A stretch of DNA of 64,000 bases from a bacterium (GCA_041946805.1 JBHGBC010000023.1:10337-74336), one strand, 5' to 3'. Counted from the first letter of the stretch, positions 29,771-39,925 are shown. The notes: a model not told the origin generated them from the sequence alone. Translations and numbers: made by a program.

Positions 29771-30802
29771 TCACACCACCTTGAGCACGATTTTGCCGAA
29801 ATTCTTGCGGTCCAGCATGCGTTGCTGGGCGGCGCGGGCGTCCTGGAGTGGAAAGATCTGGTCGATCACCGGTTTCACTTTCCCCTGCTCCGCCAGCGCG
29901 GTGACTTTTTTCATTTCCCCGATGGATCCCATGTACGATCCATGGATGGTGAGATGTTTGGCGAACACCTGTTGCAGGTTGAACTTGACCTCCGCGCCGG
30001 TGGTGACGCCGCAGTTGGCCAACCGCCCGTAGCGTTTCAGCACGTCCAGGCTTCGGGTGAACGTCTCGCCGCCCACATGTTCGAAAACGGCGTCCACGCC
30101 CTGCTTGCCGGTCAAACGGAGGGTTTCCTTCACGAAATCCTGGACTTGGTAATTGATGGTTTCGTCGGCCCCCAGTTCGCGGGCGCGTTGCAGTTTTTCG
30201 TCCGATCCGGCCGTGGTGATGACCCGCGCGCCGGCCAGTTTCGCCAACTGGATCGCGGCGATGCCCAGCCCGCTGCCCGCCGACTGCACCAGCACGGTTT
30301 CGCCGCAGCGCAGTTGCAGCCGCGCGAACAGCATGTGCCAGGCGGTGAGGAACACGAGAGGGAAGGAGGCCCATTCCTCATAGGAATACCGGTCTGAAAC
30401 CGGGATGATGTTCCGGGCGGGGACGGTCACGTATTCCGCATAGCCGCCCTGTGTCTGGAAGCCGATGATCTTGAAATTCGGATCCCCGCTGTCCCGGTCC
30501 GTGAGGACAAATTCGCTCTCGGCCGGCGCCAGGCCCGGCGCCACGATGATCCGCGCTCCCGCCGCGATGCCTTCCACTTCCGGACCCACCTCGGCTACCG
30601 TTCCGGCGATGTCGCTGCCGGAAATGTGGGGCATGGGGATGGGCGCGGGCCGCCCACCCAACCGCACCCAGATATCCAGGTGATTCAAGGCGCAGGCGTG
30701 GACCTTCACCAGTACTTCGCCCCGGCCCGGCCGGGGATCCGGCATGTCGGCGTATTGCAACCGGTCCACCTCGCCATGTTCATGGAAAATCACCGCCTTC
30801 AT
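29771..30802 (-). CDS. MDR (zinc-binding alcohol dehydrogenase / quinone reductase) family oxidoreductase
   Basis: ACALNHLD, PHISGSD, GGYAEY, AGSGLG and FGKIVL motifs. Confidence 0.85.
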   Translation of the reverse strand: MKAVIFHEHGEVDRLQYADMPDPRPGRGEVLVKVHACALNHLDIWVRLGGRPAPIPMPHISGSDIAGTVAEVGPEVEGIAAGARIIVAPGLAPAESEFVLTDRDSGDPNFKIIGFQTQGGYAEYVTVPARNIIPVSDRYSYEEWASFPLVFLTAWHMLFARLQLRCGETVLVQSAGSGLGIAAIQLAKLAGARVITTAGSDEKLQRARELGADETINYQVQDFVKETLRLTGKQGVDAVFEHVGGETFTRSLDVLKRYGRLANCGVTTGAEVKFNLQQVFAKHLTIHGSYMGSIGEMKKVTALAEQGKVKPVIDQIFPLQDARAAQQRMLDRKNFGKIVLKVV

Positions 30803-30947
30803 CGTGTCGATCCTCCTCGGGGATTCGGTGTTCTTTTCCCGCCCCGTTCCTTCATTTTTCCGGGTTGAAGCCTTTATTAACCCTGTTCCGTCCAGCATAA
30901 TCCCGATACGCTACTCTGTGAAGCATACGCGGGAGGTGAGTGGGAAC

Positions 30948-32693
30948 ATGCGGCCCCAAGGGTCTTTTTTTCTTATGCTGGTCCTGGCCGGGGTGACCGG
31001 CGCTTGCAGCTCCACCCAGAAGGTCACGGAGTCCGTCAAAAATCTGTTCCGCGACGATACGCCCGAAAAGTTGGAAACCCGCCGTCTCTCCATTTTCGAA
31101 TATGAAGACAAACTCCTGGGGGCCTGGGCCGGCAAGATGATCGGCGTCAGCGTGGCCGCCCCCTACGAGTTCCGTTTCCAAGGCGAAGTCATGGAAGAAT
31201 CCATGCGCCTCTGGCAGCCGGAATTCGTGGAGAACGCGCTGCAGCAGGACGATCTGTACGTGCAGATGACGTTTCTCCGGGCGCTGGAGGATAAGGGGCT
31301 CTCGATCTCGCCGGCGGAGGCCGCCGATTATTTCAGCCGGACCGAGTACCCCCTGGCGCACGCCAACGACGTGGCGCGCAACAACATCCGCGCGGGCATC
31401 CTGCCCCCGGATTCCGGCCACCCCCGCTACAATCCCCACGCCAACGACATCGATTTCCAGATCGACGCCGATTTGTTCGGCATTGTATGCCCCGGCATGC
31501 CCTTCACGGCCATCCGCCTGGCCGAAGTCTTCGGGCCGATGATGAGTTACGGGGACGGCCTGTACGGCGGGTTGTTCGTGGCGGGGATGTACGCGGCCGC
31601 CTATTTCGAGAACGACCGCGTGGCGGTGATCGAGCAGGGCCTCAAAGGCATCCCGGCGGAGAGCCAGTACGCCCGACTCATCCGGGACGTGCTCGAGTTC
31701 TACCGCAAGGATGCCGCCGACTGGCGGGGCTGCTGGCAGATGCTGGAAGACCAATGGGCCAAAACGGACCTGTGTCCCGATGGCTACAACAAGCCGTTCA
31801 ACATCGACGCGAAACTCAATGGCGGGTACGTGGCGCTGGCGCTGCTGTACGGGGAGGCGGATTTTCCGAAAACCCTGGAGATCGCCACCCGCTGCGGACA
31901 GGACAACGATTGCAACACCTCGACCGCCGCCGGGGTTCTGGGGGCGTTGATGGGTTACAGCCGCATCCCCCGGCCATTCAAGGTGGGCATCCCCGTCATT
32001 AGCGAAAAGCCGTTCCTCAACACCAAGTACACCTTCACCACCCTGATTCAGACCTGCAAAAAACTGACCGAGATCATCATCCGGCGCTACGGCGGCGATG
32101 TGCAACGGCTGGGGGACCGGGAATATTTCACGGTGCCGGTGCAAAGCCCGCCCCCGCCTCCCTCCTTGGAGCAATTCACCGAAAGCATGATGGCCGGCTA
32201 TCAAGCCGAGTGGGCGCGGCTCGAACAGATCCGGCGGGAAAAGTTCCAGGCCGCCTTGCAGCAGGATTTCGCGAAATGGTCGAAAGGCTGGACGATGGCC
32301 CAATGCGGGACCGATGATACCCCCGGTTTGCGGGAATCCTACGCCGGCCGCTTCGACGTGTTCGTCACCCATCCCTTGGACCAAAACTCGCCGTGCGTGC
32401 TCTCCTGGAAAGGAACTTTGCCGCCGGGGAATCCGCAGCTGCGCGTCATCGCCGCCGCCTCGGACCGCGACCCGGGAGCCGATTGGCTGTTGCGGGTGTT
32501 CGTGAATGATCAAAAATTGGATGAAAAAACTGTGGGGCTGAAGGATGGAGCCGCCGAGTGGCATGAGTACCACTTCGACCTTACCCCCTTTGCCGGCCAG
32601 GATGTCACGATCCGCCTGGAAAACGCCGCCAACGGATGGAGTTTCGAGACCGCCTTCTGGGGTAAGATCGAGGTTGTACCCGGCACGAACTGA
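30948..32693 (+). CDS. Lipoprotein with an ADP-ribosylglycohydrolase-family domain and a C-terminal beta-sandwich
   Basis: Lipobox VTGAC; QQDDLY, NDIDFQI, YGDG and GQDNDCN acidic motifs of the ARH/DraG fold. Confidence 0.7.
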   Translation: MRPQGSFFLMLVLAGVTGACSSTQKVTESVKNLFRDDTPEKLETRRLSIFEYEDKLLGAWAGKMIGVSVAAPYEFRFQGEVMEESMRLWQPEFVENALQQDDLYVQMTFLRALEDKGLSISPAEAADYFSRTEYPLAHANDVARNNIRAGILPPDSGHPRYNPHANDIDFQIDADLFGIVCPGMPFTAIRLAEVFGPMMSYGDGLYGGLFVAGMYAAAYFENDRVAVIEQGLKGIPAESQYARLIRDVLEFYRKDAADWRGCWQMLEDQWAKTDLCPDGYNKPFNIDAKLNGGYVALALLYGEADFPKTLEIATRCGQDNDCNTSTAAGVLGALMGYSRIPRPFKVGIPVISEKPFLNTKYTFTTLIQTCKKLTEIIIRRYGGDVQRLGDREYFTVPVQSPPPPPSLEQFTESMMAGYQAEWARLEQIRREKFQAALQQDFAKWSKGWTMAQCGTDDTPGLRESYAGRFDVFVTHPLDQNSPCVLSWKGTLPPGNPQLRVIAAASDRDPGADWLLRVFVNDQKLDEKTVGLKDGAAEWHEYHFDLTPFAGQDVTIRLENAANGWSFETAFWGKIEVVPGTN

Positions 32694-32926
32694 TTTCCTC
32701 CTCCCCTCTATCGGCAATTTTTTCCCCATTCCTGCCAATCAGTGAATTTCGCTCCTCTTTGATTATTTCCCATCACAACAAATGAACTTGCGAATTCCTC
32801 CGGCCCAATGGCCAGCGGAGTGGAACAAAAGTTGCTTAATATCGACCCGAGCACTGAGAGGGCTTCGGGAAGCACGAATCCCTTGTTTCATTCGACGTAC
32901 ACGGCTCCATCTCCGTTGAGGGAATC

Positions 32927-33757
32927 ATGGACGTAAAACACCACCCGGTTTTCACGCGATTTACACCTTGGGCGGGCGATGTCGAAGCCGGATTCTCCGT
33001 CAACTTTCTGGGCATCAAAACCCGCTCCACCTTCTGGTCCCAAATCCCTCCCACCACCACGGTGGAGTACACGCGCACCACCTACCCCGCGTTCGACGAA
33101 GAATATTTCGAATGGATCGACTTGCTGGAATCCGTCATTCACAGCGGCGGCCATTACACCATGATCGAACTGGGGGCCGGCTGGGGCCGCTGGATGGCCG
33201 CGGCTTTCGGCGCGCTGCGGATCCTCGCTCCCGAAAAGCCCTATACGTTCATCGGCGTGGAGGCGGAACCGGACCATTACCGGTACATGCGGGAACATTT
33301 TGAGGACAACGGGATCGATCTGACCCGCTGCCAACTCATCGAAGCGGCGGTGTCGGGGCAAAACGGCGCCGTGCGCTTTCATACCGGACGGCCGGACGAA
33401 TGGTACGGGCAGTCCATCGGCGGGACAACCCTGGTGCGCTCCATCACCCTGCGTTCCCTACTGGATCCGCTCAACCGGGTGGACCTGATCGACCTGGATG
33501 TCCAAGGGGCGGAATATATGGTGCTGTCCGCGGCCGCCAAGGAAGTGAACGAAAAAGTCAACCGGGTGCACATCGGGACTCACAGCCCTCAGGTGGAAGC
33601 CGGTTTGCGGGCCGGTTTTACCCGCATGGGCTGGACGAAGCGGTACGATTTCCCCATGCGGTCCACCGTCGAAACCGAATACGGAACCATATCGTTCCAG
33701 GACGGAGTGCAAAGCTGGATCAATCCCCGGTTCGGCGCCACGTCCTTGGCTTGTTGA
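32927..33757 (+). CDS. FkbM-family methyltransferase
   Basis: IELGAGWG, GVEAEP and VDLIDLDVQGAE motifs. Confidence 0.8.
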   Translation: MDVKHHPVFTRFTPWAGDVEAGFSVNFLGIKTRSTFWSQIPPTTTVEYTRTTYPAFDEEYFEWIDLLESVIHSGGHYTMIELGAGWGRWMAAAFGALRILAPEKPYTFIGVEAEPDHYRYMREHFEDNGIDLTRCQLIEAAVSGQNGAVRFHTGRPDEWYGQSIGGTTLVRSITLRSLLDPLNRVDLIDLDVQGAEYMVLSAAAKEVNEKVNRVHIGTHSPQVEAGLRAGFTRMGWTKRYDFPMRSTVETEYGTISFQDGVQSWINPRFGATSLAC

Positions 33758-33987
33758 GATTTCGATATGAATTATTTACCGAAATGCAGGACTGTTTTTG
33801 AGCGCCAACGGCGCGCAAGAGGATAGCCCTGGGATGATAGCGAAAAAGTTCTCAATCCCCTCTCCCTCTGGGAGAGGGTTCGGGTGAGGGAAGCCCTGCA
33901 AGGGCGGAAGCAACGACATCCCGGCAATCAGGTAAATGATCTTATCTTCTTATTATAGGATACTTTAGAAAAACTCAACAGAACCTA
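33748..33987. mobile_element. Putative ~240-bp MITE carrying REP hairpins
   Basis: Degenerate left end GGCTTGTTGAGATTTC and right end AAAAACTCAACAGAACC-TA; the first ~80 bp align with the copy at 63818. Confidence 0.6.
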
Positions 33988-34044
33988 ACGAAACGATGCT
34001 GATTCAATCAACGAAATTCATCTTTTGGGAATCAGCGATCCAGA

Positions 34045-35028
34045 ATGAATCCGGCGCAAACCACACCCCATCTTGATCCGGCTTTGCCCGCTCGCGAAAC
34101 CGAGGTTCCGTTTCTGCGGAAAAATCAATACGCCCTCCTCTATTCGCTGCGCTGCAACTACGCCTGCTCGTATTGCTGCACCAAGGCGGGACGGGGATCC
34201 CCCCAATCCTGGGTGGAAGCCAATCCCGCGCGCGTGGCCCGGTTTCTCCTGGCGCTCGAACCGGGGGTGGTCATGATCAGCGGCGGCGAACCGTTTTTAT
34301 GGCGGGAGCTGCCGGCCCTGGCCCGGATCACCTCCCGGCACATTTGGATCGTCCTGACCAACGCGTCCCTCGTGCCCCGGAATCTGCAGCCCGATCTGTT
34401 TCCCATGGTGATCGCCGCCTACCACAGCGAGGCCGCCGATTGGAACCGGTTCCTGAACAATGTGTTGGAATACCAGCAACGGGGCGTCCGCGTCCTCGTC
34501 AAATTGATCGTCAAGCCGTTTCAAGAACAGGAAACCCTGGATCAATGGAAAGCCGCGTGGGACCAGGGGATCAGCGCCCATCTTTGCCCCTTGGAATACA
34601 ATGTCCATTTCCCGCTCCGGAGGCTCCAGGAAATCGTGGACCATCACTTGACCTCCTGCCTGTACAATTCGCGTTTCTTCCGGCTTCCTCTACGCCGGGG
34701 ATATTGTCCAGCCGGATCGAGGGAAATGCTGGAAATCAATCCGGACGGGACTGTGGTGGCCTGTTCCACCGTCATGCGGCCCGTCGGCCATGCCGGCCGG
34801 GAGGTCCCCACGACTCCGGGGATCGCCTGCCCGGCGGACAATTGCTACTGCGAATGGCACCATTGGAAAGGCGTGGCCTCCAATCATGAAAATCCCCGGT
34901 GGAATTACTTCTTTCAAACCGGGACGTGGATTCATCCCTCCCGGGAGGAATTCCGGGATTACCTGATCAAGGCCGGCTATTCCCTGCATGGCATGAATCT
35001 CGAACAATCGCGGGAAGCCTGGGTTTAA
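34045..35028 (+). CDS. Radical SAM protein with a SPASM/twitch-like C-terminus
   Basis: CNYACSYC (CxxxCxxC), ISGGEPF, LTN; C-terminal CPAG..INPDGTVVAC..CPADNCYC. Confidence 0.85.
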   Translation: MNPAQTTPHLDPALPARETEVPFLRKNQYALLYSLRCNYACSYCCTKAGRGSPQSWVEANPARVARFLLALEPGVVMISGGEPFLWRELPALARITSRHIWIVLTNASLVPRNLQPDLFPMVIAAYHSEAADWNRFLNNVLEYQQRGVRVLVKLIVKPFQEQETLDQWKAAWDQGISAHLCPLEYNVHFPLRRLQEIVDHHLTSCLYNSRFFRLPLRRGYCPAGSREMLEINPDGTVVACSTVMRPVGHAGREVPTTPGIACPADNCYCEWHHWKGVASNHENPRWNYFFQTGTWIHPSREEFRDYLIKAGYSLHGMNLEQSREAWV

Positions 35029-35032
35029 CGAA

Positions 35033-36646
35033 ATGTCACGCGCGGGGATGAACGGTACCCCAAATGATGAAGGTCGTATCGTGAACCACATCCAACTCTC
35101 TCAGGAAACACCAGCGAATCCCGGCGGGCCGGAGAATCCGGCAAGCCAACCGCCGATTTACTCGCATGTTCCGGGCCTCCCTCCCATCGAACTGGTGGCT
35201 TATTACGACGAATTCGTGAATTATTACCCCCGCTGCGAGATGGAAACCAAACAGTGGTTCGTGGAGCACATCCAACCGGATTGGACCATACTCGATTGCG
35301 GCGCCAACATCGGCTATTACACCATTCTTTTCGCCCAACAGGCCCATCTCGGGCAGGTGCACGCCTTCGAGCCCACCCGCACGGTGGAGATGCTCAAAAC
35401 CAATCTGCGCCACCACCGGATCGCCAACGTCACGGTCCATACGGAAGCGTTGGGTAACAAGACCGGCCGTTCGCTGGATGGCATCTACCGGATCTGGGGA
35501 GCGGAACCGGAGCGGGATGTCTATTCGTTCACGACGATCGATGATTTTGTCCGGACCCAGGCGCTGGCGCGAGTGGATTGCATCAAAATCGACGTGGATT
35601 CCTTCGATTTCGAAGTGCTGCGGGGCGCCCGGCAAACCCTAGTGGACTTCGATCCCTACGTGATGGTCGAGCTCAATCACGCTCTGAGCCGCCGCGGCCA
35701 ATCCAACGCGGAAGCCCTGGAATGGCTGGCCGGGCTGGGCTATGAGGAAGCCCAGGTTTTCGACCACGAGAATTTCCTGCTGAAACGCGGCGAAAAGCAG
35801 CCCGCCGCTCCTTCCGCCCGGATGATCACGCTGCGGTTCGGCCCTGCGTCTGGGGCATCGACCGTGGCCGGCACCCCGGCAGCCCCGTCCCCCAGCGGTC
35901 CTCAAACGGCCGGCCCCGCGCAAAATGTCGTGCCGGTGCAGGAATTACACAAAAAAATGGGATGGTCCACGCCTCTGGACTACCCGGCCGCTTCGCTGCG
36001 CAAGCCGTTGATCCAATGGAAAATGGAAGTGGACGATTCCCCCATCTTCCGTTATCTCTACCGCCATTTCCGCCCCCGCCGGCACCTGGAATTCGGGACC
36101 TGGCAAGGCACGGGGGTTTTGTATTGCCTGGAGGAATGCGAGGCCACGGTCTGGACCTTGAATCTGCCGCGGGGTGAAACGCTGCCGGACGGAAGCCCCG
36201 CCTACAGCGTGCCCGCGTCCGAGGCTCCCGACGTTCCCGCGTGGGTCCGGCCGGTTCCCGGCGGCTACCAGACGGACTCGTGCGGCTTCATCGGCCGCTA
36301 CTACCTGGAAAGAAACCTGGGCAAGCGGGTCTGCCAGATTTATTGCGACAGCCGCGAATGGGACATCGCCAATTACCCCGAGGGCTTCTTCGATTCGGCC
36401 TTGATCGACGGCGGCCATCAGGAAGACATCGTGGCCAACGACACGCGCAAGGCCATGCAACTGGTGCGGTCCGGCGGATTGATCCTGTGGCACGATTTCT
36501 GTCCCCGGCCGGAGGTGTTGAACGCGTATGAATGCGCGCGCGGCGTCTACCGGGCCATCCAGGCCAGCCGGCCGTGGCTGCAAACACATATGAAAGAACT
36601 GTTTTGGATATATCCCAGTTGGATTCTGATGGGGATCAAAAAATAA
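35033..36646 (+). CDS. Fusion of two methyltransferases (FkbM plus class I, Methyltransf_24-like)
   Basis: N-domain LDCGANIGYY, AFEP, IKIDVD; Pro/Ala linker; C-domain LEFGTWQG, FDSALIDGGH, GGLILWHDF. Confidence 0.8.
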   Translation: MSRAGMNGTPNDEGRIVNHIQLSQETPANPGGPENPASQPPIYSHVPGLPPIELVAYYDEFVNYYPRCEMETKQWFVEHIQPDWTILDCGANIGYYTILFAQQAHLGQVHAFEPTRTVEMLKTNLRHHRIANVTVHTEALGNKTGRSLDGIYRIWGAEPERDVYSFTTIDDFVRTQALARVDCIKIDVDSFDFEVLRGARQTLVDFDPYVMVELNHALSRRGQSNAEALEWLAGLGYEEAQVFDHENFLLKRGEKQPAAPSARMITLRFGPASGASTVAGTPAAPSPSGPQTAGPAQNVVPVQELHKKMGWSTPLDYPAASLRKPLIQWKMEVDDSPIFRYLYRHFRPRRHLEFGTWQGTGVLYCLEECEATVWTLNLPRGETLPDGSPAYSVPASEAPDVPAWVRPVPGGYQTDSCGFIGRYYLERNLGKRVCQIYCDSREWDIANYPEGFFDSALIDGGHQEDIVANDTRKAMQLVRSGGLILWHDFCPRPEVLNAYECARGVYRAIQASRPWLQTHMKELFWIYPSWILMGIKK

Positions 36647-37722
36647 TGATGTCCGGAAACGAATGCTACCTTTCCATTGTTGCCACCTCCCGCAATGACG
36701 ACCACGGCGGGAACATGCTCCGGCGCATGCAGATTTTCATCTCGGGTTGGCTGGAGCAGTGCCGGCGCCATGCCCTGCCCGCGGAACTGATCCTGGTGGA
36801 ATGGAATCCGCCCGAAGACCGCCCACGGCTGCGGGACGCGCTCCAGTGGCCCGACGATCCCGGCCCGTGCGCGGTGCGGATCATCGAAGTCCCCCATGCA
36901 GTCCACCGGCGCATCCCGCACGCGGAGAACCTGCCTCTCTTCCAAATGATCGCCAAGAACGTGGGGATCCGCCGCGCCCAGGGGGAATTCGTTTTGGCCA
37001 CCAATATCGATCTCTTGTTCTCGGACGAGCTCATGGATTTTTTCGCGCGGCGGAAATTGGAATCCGGAAAATATTACCGGATCAACCGGTATGACGTGCG
37101 GCCGGATATTCCCCGGGACGCTCCCCTGGACGAGCAGTTCACATATTGCCGGCAAAACATCATCCGTGTGTGCCAGCGCGACGGGTGCTTCGATCCGAAC
37201 GCGGGAGAGTACGCGCAATACGTGTACCGCAAACAATTCTACGAAGTGTACAACTCCGGCGAGACGCGGATCCGGATTCCCTTGTTCACCAACGCCTGCG
37301 GCGATTTCACTCTCATGGCGCGGCAACATTGGTTCGACATCCGGGGCTACGCCGAGCGGGCGATCTTCTCCTTCCACCTGGACTCGCTGCTGCTGTATTC
37401 CGCTTTCCATTCGGGATTGGAAGAGGTGGAGTTGCGCGATCCCTTGCGCGTGTATCACATCGAGCACGAGGCGGGATACACGCCCGAGAAGCGGCTCCAG
37501 ATGGACCAGGACTTGGAGATGAAAAAGATCCCCCGCATCAGCAACGAACAACTGAACTGGATGGCGGTGCAGATGCGGCTCGAAAACCGGCCGATCATCT
37601 TCAACCACGCCGATTGGGGCTACCAGGGCGCGGAATTTCCGGAGACCAGGATCCCGGCTCCCATTCCCGATGCCCAGCGGATAACTGCGAATGCCGCGCT
37701 GACCGCGGCGATCACGGGATAA
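36646..37722 (+). CDS. Glycosyltransferase-like (GT-A fold) protein
   Basis: LSIVATSRND, ELILVEW, KNVGIRRAQGEFVLATNID and GDFTLM; TAATG-coupled to the upstream gene. Confidence 0.6.
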   Translation: MMSGNECYLSIVATSRNDDHGGNMLRRMQIFISGWLEQCRRHALPAELILVEWNPPEDRPRLRDALQWPDDPGPCAVRIIEVPHAVHRRIPHAENLPLFQMIAKNVGIRRAQGEFVLATNIDLLFSDELMDFFARRKLESGKYYRINRYDVRPDIPRDAPLDEQFTYCRQNIIRVCQRDGCFDPNAGEYAQYVYRKQFYEVYNSGETRIRIPLFTNACGDFTLMARQHWFDIRGYAERAIFSFHLDSLLLYSAFHSGLEEVELRDPLRVYHIEHEAGYTPEKRLQMDQDLEMKKIPRISNEQLNWMAVQMRLENRPIIFNHADWGYQGAEFPETRIPAPIPDAQRITANAALTAAITG

Positions 37723-37727
37723 CCATC

Positions 37728-38567
37728 ATGACCTCAGCGAACACGGTTCCCATCGAAGCCGTCCAGCAGTATTGGAACCAGCGGCCGTGCAATATCCGCC
37801 ACTCCACCCGGCCCGTGGGTACGCGGGAGTATTTCGACGAAGTGGAGCAACGGAAATATTTCGTCGAACCGCACATCCCCGCCTTCGCCCAGTTCGAACG
37901 GTGGGAGGGAAAAAACGTGCTCGAGATCGGCTGCGGGATCGGCACCGACACCATGAATTTCGCCCGCCACGGGGCTTGGGTCACGGCCGTGGACGTGTCC
38001 GAAAACTCCCTTCAGCTGGCCCGCCAACGCGCCCAAGTGTACGGCGTCGAGGACCGGGTGCGCTTCTTTCATGGCGACGCCGAGCGTTTGTCCCCAATCG
38101 TTCCCCCGGAGCCGTACGATCTAATTTACTCATTCGGCGTGATTCACCACACCCCCCATCCCGAGCGGGTGTTCCAGGAAATCCGGCGTATCGCGCAGCC
38201 GGGCGCGCATCTGAAAATCATGGTCTATCACCGGTACGCCTGGAAGGTGTTATGGATCTTGTTGAAATATGGGAAAGGGCGTTTTTGGCGGCTCTCGGAT
38301 TGGGTGGCGCGGTATTCGGAAGCCCAGACCGGCTGCCCGGTGACCTACAGCTACAGCCGCCGGCAGTGCCGCGAAATGCTGGCACAAAACGGTTTCCAGG
38401 TCAACGGAATCCGGGTCGAACATATTTTCCCGTACCGGATCGCCGATTACATCGAACACCGGTATGTCAAGGAATGGTATTTCCGGTGGATGCCGGATGC
38501 ATTGTTTCACGGTCTCGAACACCGCTTCGGCTGGCACCTGTGCGCCGACGCGGAAGTGAAGGGGTAA
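37728..38567 (+). CDS. Class I SAM-dependent methyltransferase
   Basis: VLEIGCGIGTD, GDAE and YDLIYSFGVIHH motifs. Confidence 0.85.
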   Translation: MTSANTVPIEAVQQYWNQRPCNIRHSTRPVGTREYFDEVEQRKYFVEPHIPAFAQFERWEGKNVLEIGCGIGTDTMNFARHGAWVTAVDVSENSLQLARQRAQVYGVEDRVRFFHGDAERLSPIVPPEPYDLIYSFGVIHHTPHPERVFQEIRRIAQPGAHLKIMVYHRYAWKVLWILLKYGKGRFWRLSDWVARYSEAQTGCPVTYSYSRRQCREMLAQNGFQVNGIRVEHIFPYRIADYIEHRYVKEWYFRWMPDALFHGLEHRFGWHLCADAEVKG

Positions 38568-38775
38568 GAAAAAGCGTCCCGGACGGGCATCTCGGCCTGC
38601 CATGAAAAAATTCCCTCACCCTAGCCCTCTCCCAGAGGGAGAGGGAACAGGTTTTCGGAATTGGAAGGGCATCTCCCCGAGAGCGGGGAACCAGAATCGC
38701 GCGAAGGGATCATCGTTGGCGGGCTGCGCTACGCTTTAAGCCCACTCTACAGGATGAAATTCATGTGACTTTATC

Positions 38776-39660
38776 ATGCTGACTTTATTCTCCGTACCCA
38801 AACCCTTCACGGGGCCTATCGGCGTCATCCAGCGCAACGCCATTCGCAGTTGGACGCTGCTCGGGCCGGAATGCGAGATCCTGTTGCTCGGCGATGAACC
38901 GGGCACGGCGGAGGCGGCGGCGGAATTCGGCGCGCGCCATCTTCCGTTTCTCACCCGCAACGAATACGGCACGCCGTTGCTGGACCACATCTTCGAGCAG
39001 GCGGAAGCGGCGGCCACGCGCGGCCTGATGGGTTACCTCAACACTGACATCATTCTGATGAGCGATTTCCTCCCGGCGGTGAGGCCGTTTCAAAACTGCC
39101 CGCAGAAGTTTCTGCTCGCGCAGCAGCGCTGGGACGTGGATATCACGGAACCGTGGGATTTCACGGATCCGGAGTGGGAAATCCGCCTGCGGCGGCTCAC
39201 GGCGGAAAAAGGGAAACTGCACAACATCGCCGGGCTGGATTATTTCATCTTCCGGAAAGGTCTGTACGGCAAGATCCCGCCTTTCGCGCTGGGCCGGTGC
39301 GTCTGGGACAACTGGCTGCTGTGGCGGGCGCGGGACCTGGGGGCGGCGCTGGTCAACCTGACATACTGTGTCACCATCGTCCACCAGAACCACGATTACA
39401 ACCACGTGACATATACACCCCATCTGCCCGGCTGGAACCGGATCTACGACGGGCCCGAACGGCAGCGGAACCTGGAACTGGCGGGCGGCACGGCCCACAT
39501 GTACGACCTCAGCCGCGCCACCCACGTGCTGCGCCCAAAGAATGGAAGCGGTCCGGCAGGGATTCCACCGGCCGGGGCCGGCTTGGCCCCGCGGGGAGAC
39601 CCCGGATTCATGGCGGAAAAGCAATCCATCCCCTCTTCCTCTGGGAGAGAGTCAAGGTGA
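38776..39660 (+). CDS. Glycosyltransferase-like protein
   Basis: FSVPKPF..QRNAIRSW, YLNTDIIL, DYFIF, GRCVWDNW and HQNHDY; the C-terminus runs into a REP. Confidence 0.6.
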   Translation: MLTLFSVPKPFTGPIGVIQRNAIRSWTLLGPECEILLLGDEPGTAEAAAEFGARHLPFLTRNEYGTPLLDHIFEQAEAAATRGLMGYLNTDIILMSDFLPAVRPFQNCPQKFLLAQQRWDVDITEPWDFTDPEWEIRLRRLTAEKGKLHNIAGLDYFIFRKGLYGKIPPFALGRCVWDNWLLWRARDLGAALVNLTYCVTIVHQNHDYNHVTYTPHLPGWNRIYDGPERQRNLELAGGTAHMYDLSRATHVLRPKNGSGPAGIPPAGAGLAPRGDPGFMAEKQSIPSSSGRESR

Positions 39661-39925
39661 GGGAAGTTTTCGCGAGGCGATTCGCCTGCCATCAGTCTCA
39701 AAAGGCCCATTGTGTTTTGATTGGGAATTATAAAAAACTCAACAGAACCGAGGGCAACGGAGCCGGCGAATCGGACGAGATTGAATCGAATGGGTGCGCA
39801 CAATCCATTCAAGATTTAAGAAACATGGACGATATCCTAAGCTAGGTTCATTCCCCGCGGTGAACCGGGTCTATCATTCCACCGGCCCCAGGGAAGGGGT
39901 CCGCGGCCGCCGCCGGAGGCTCGGC

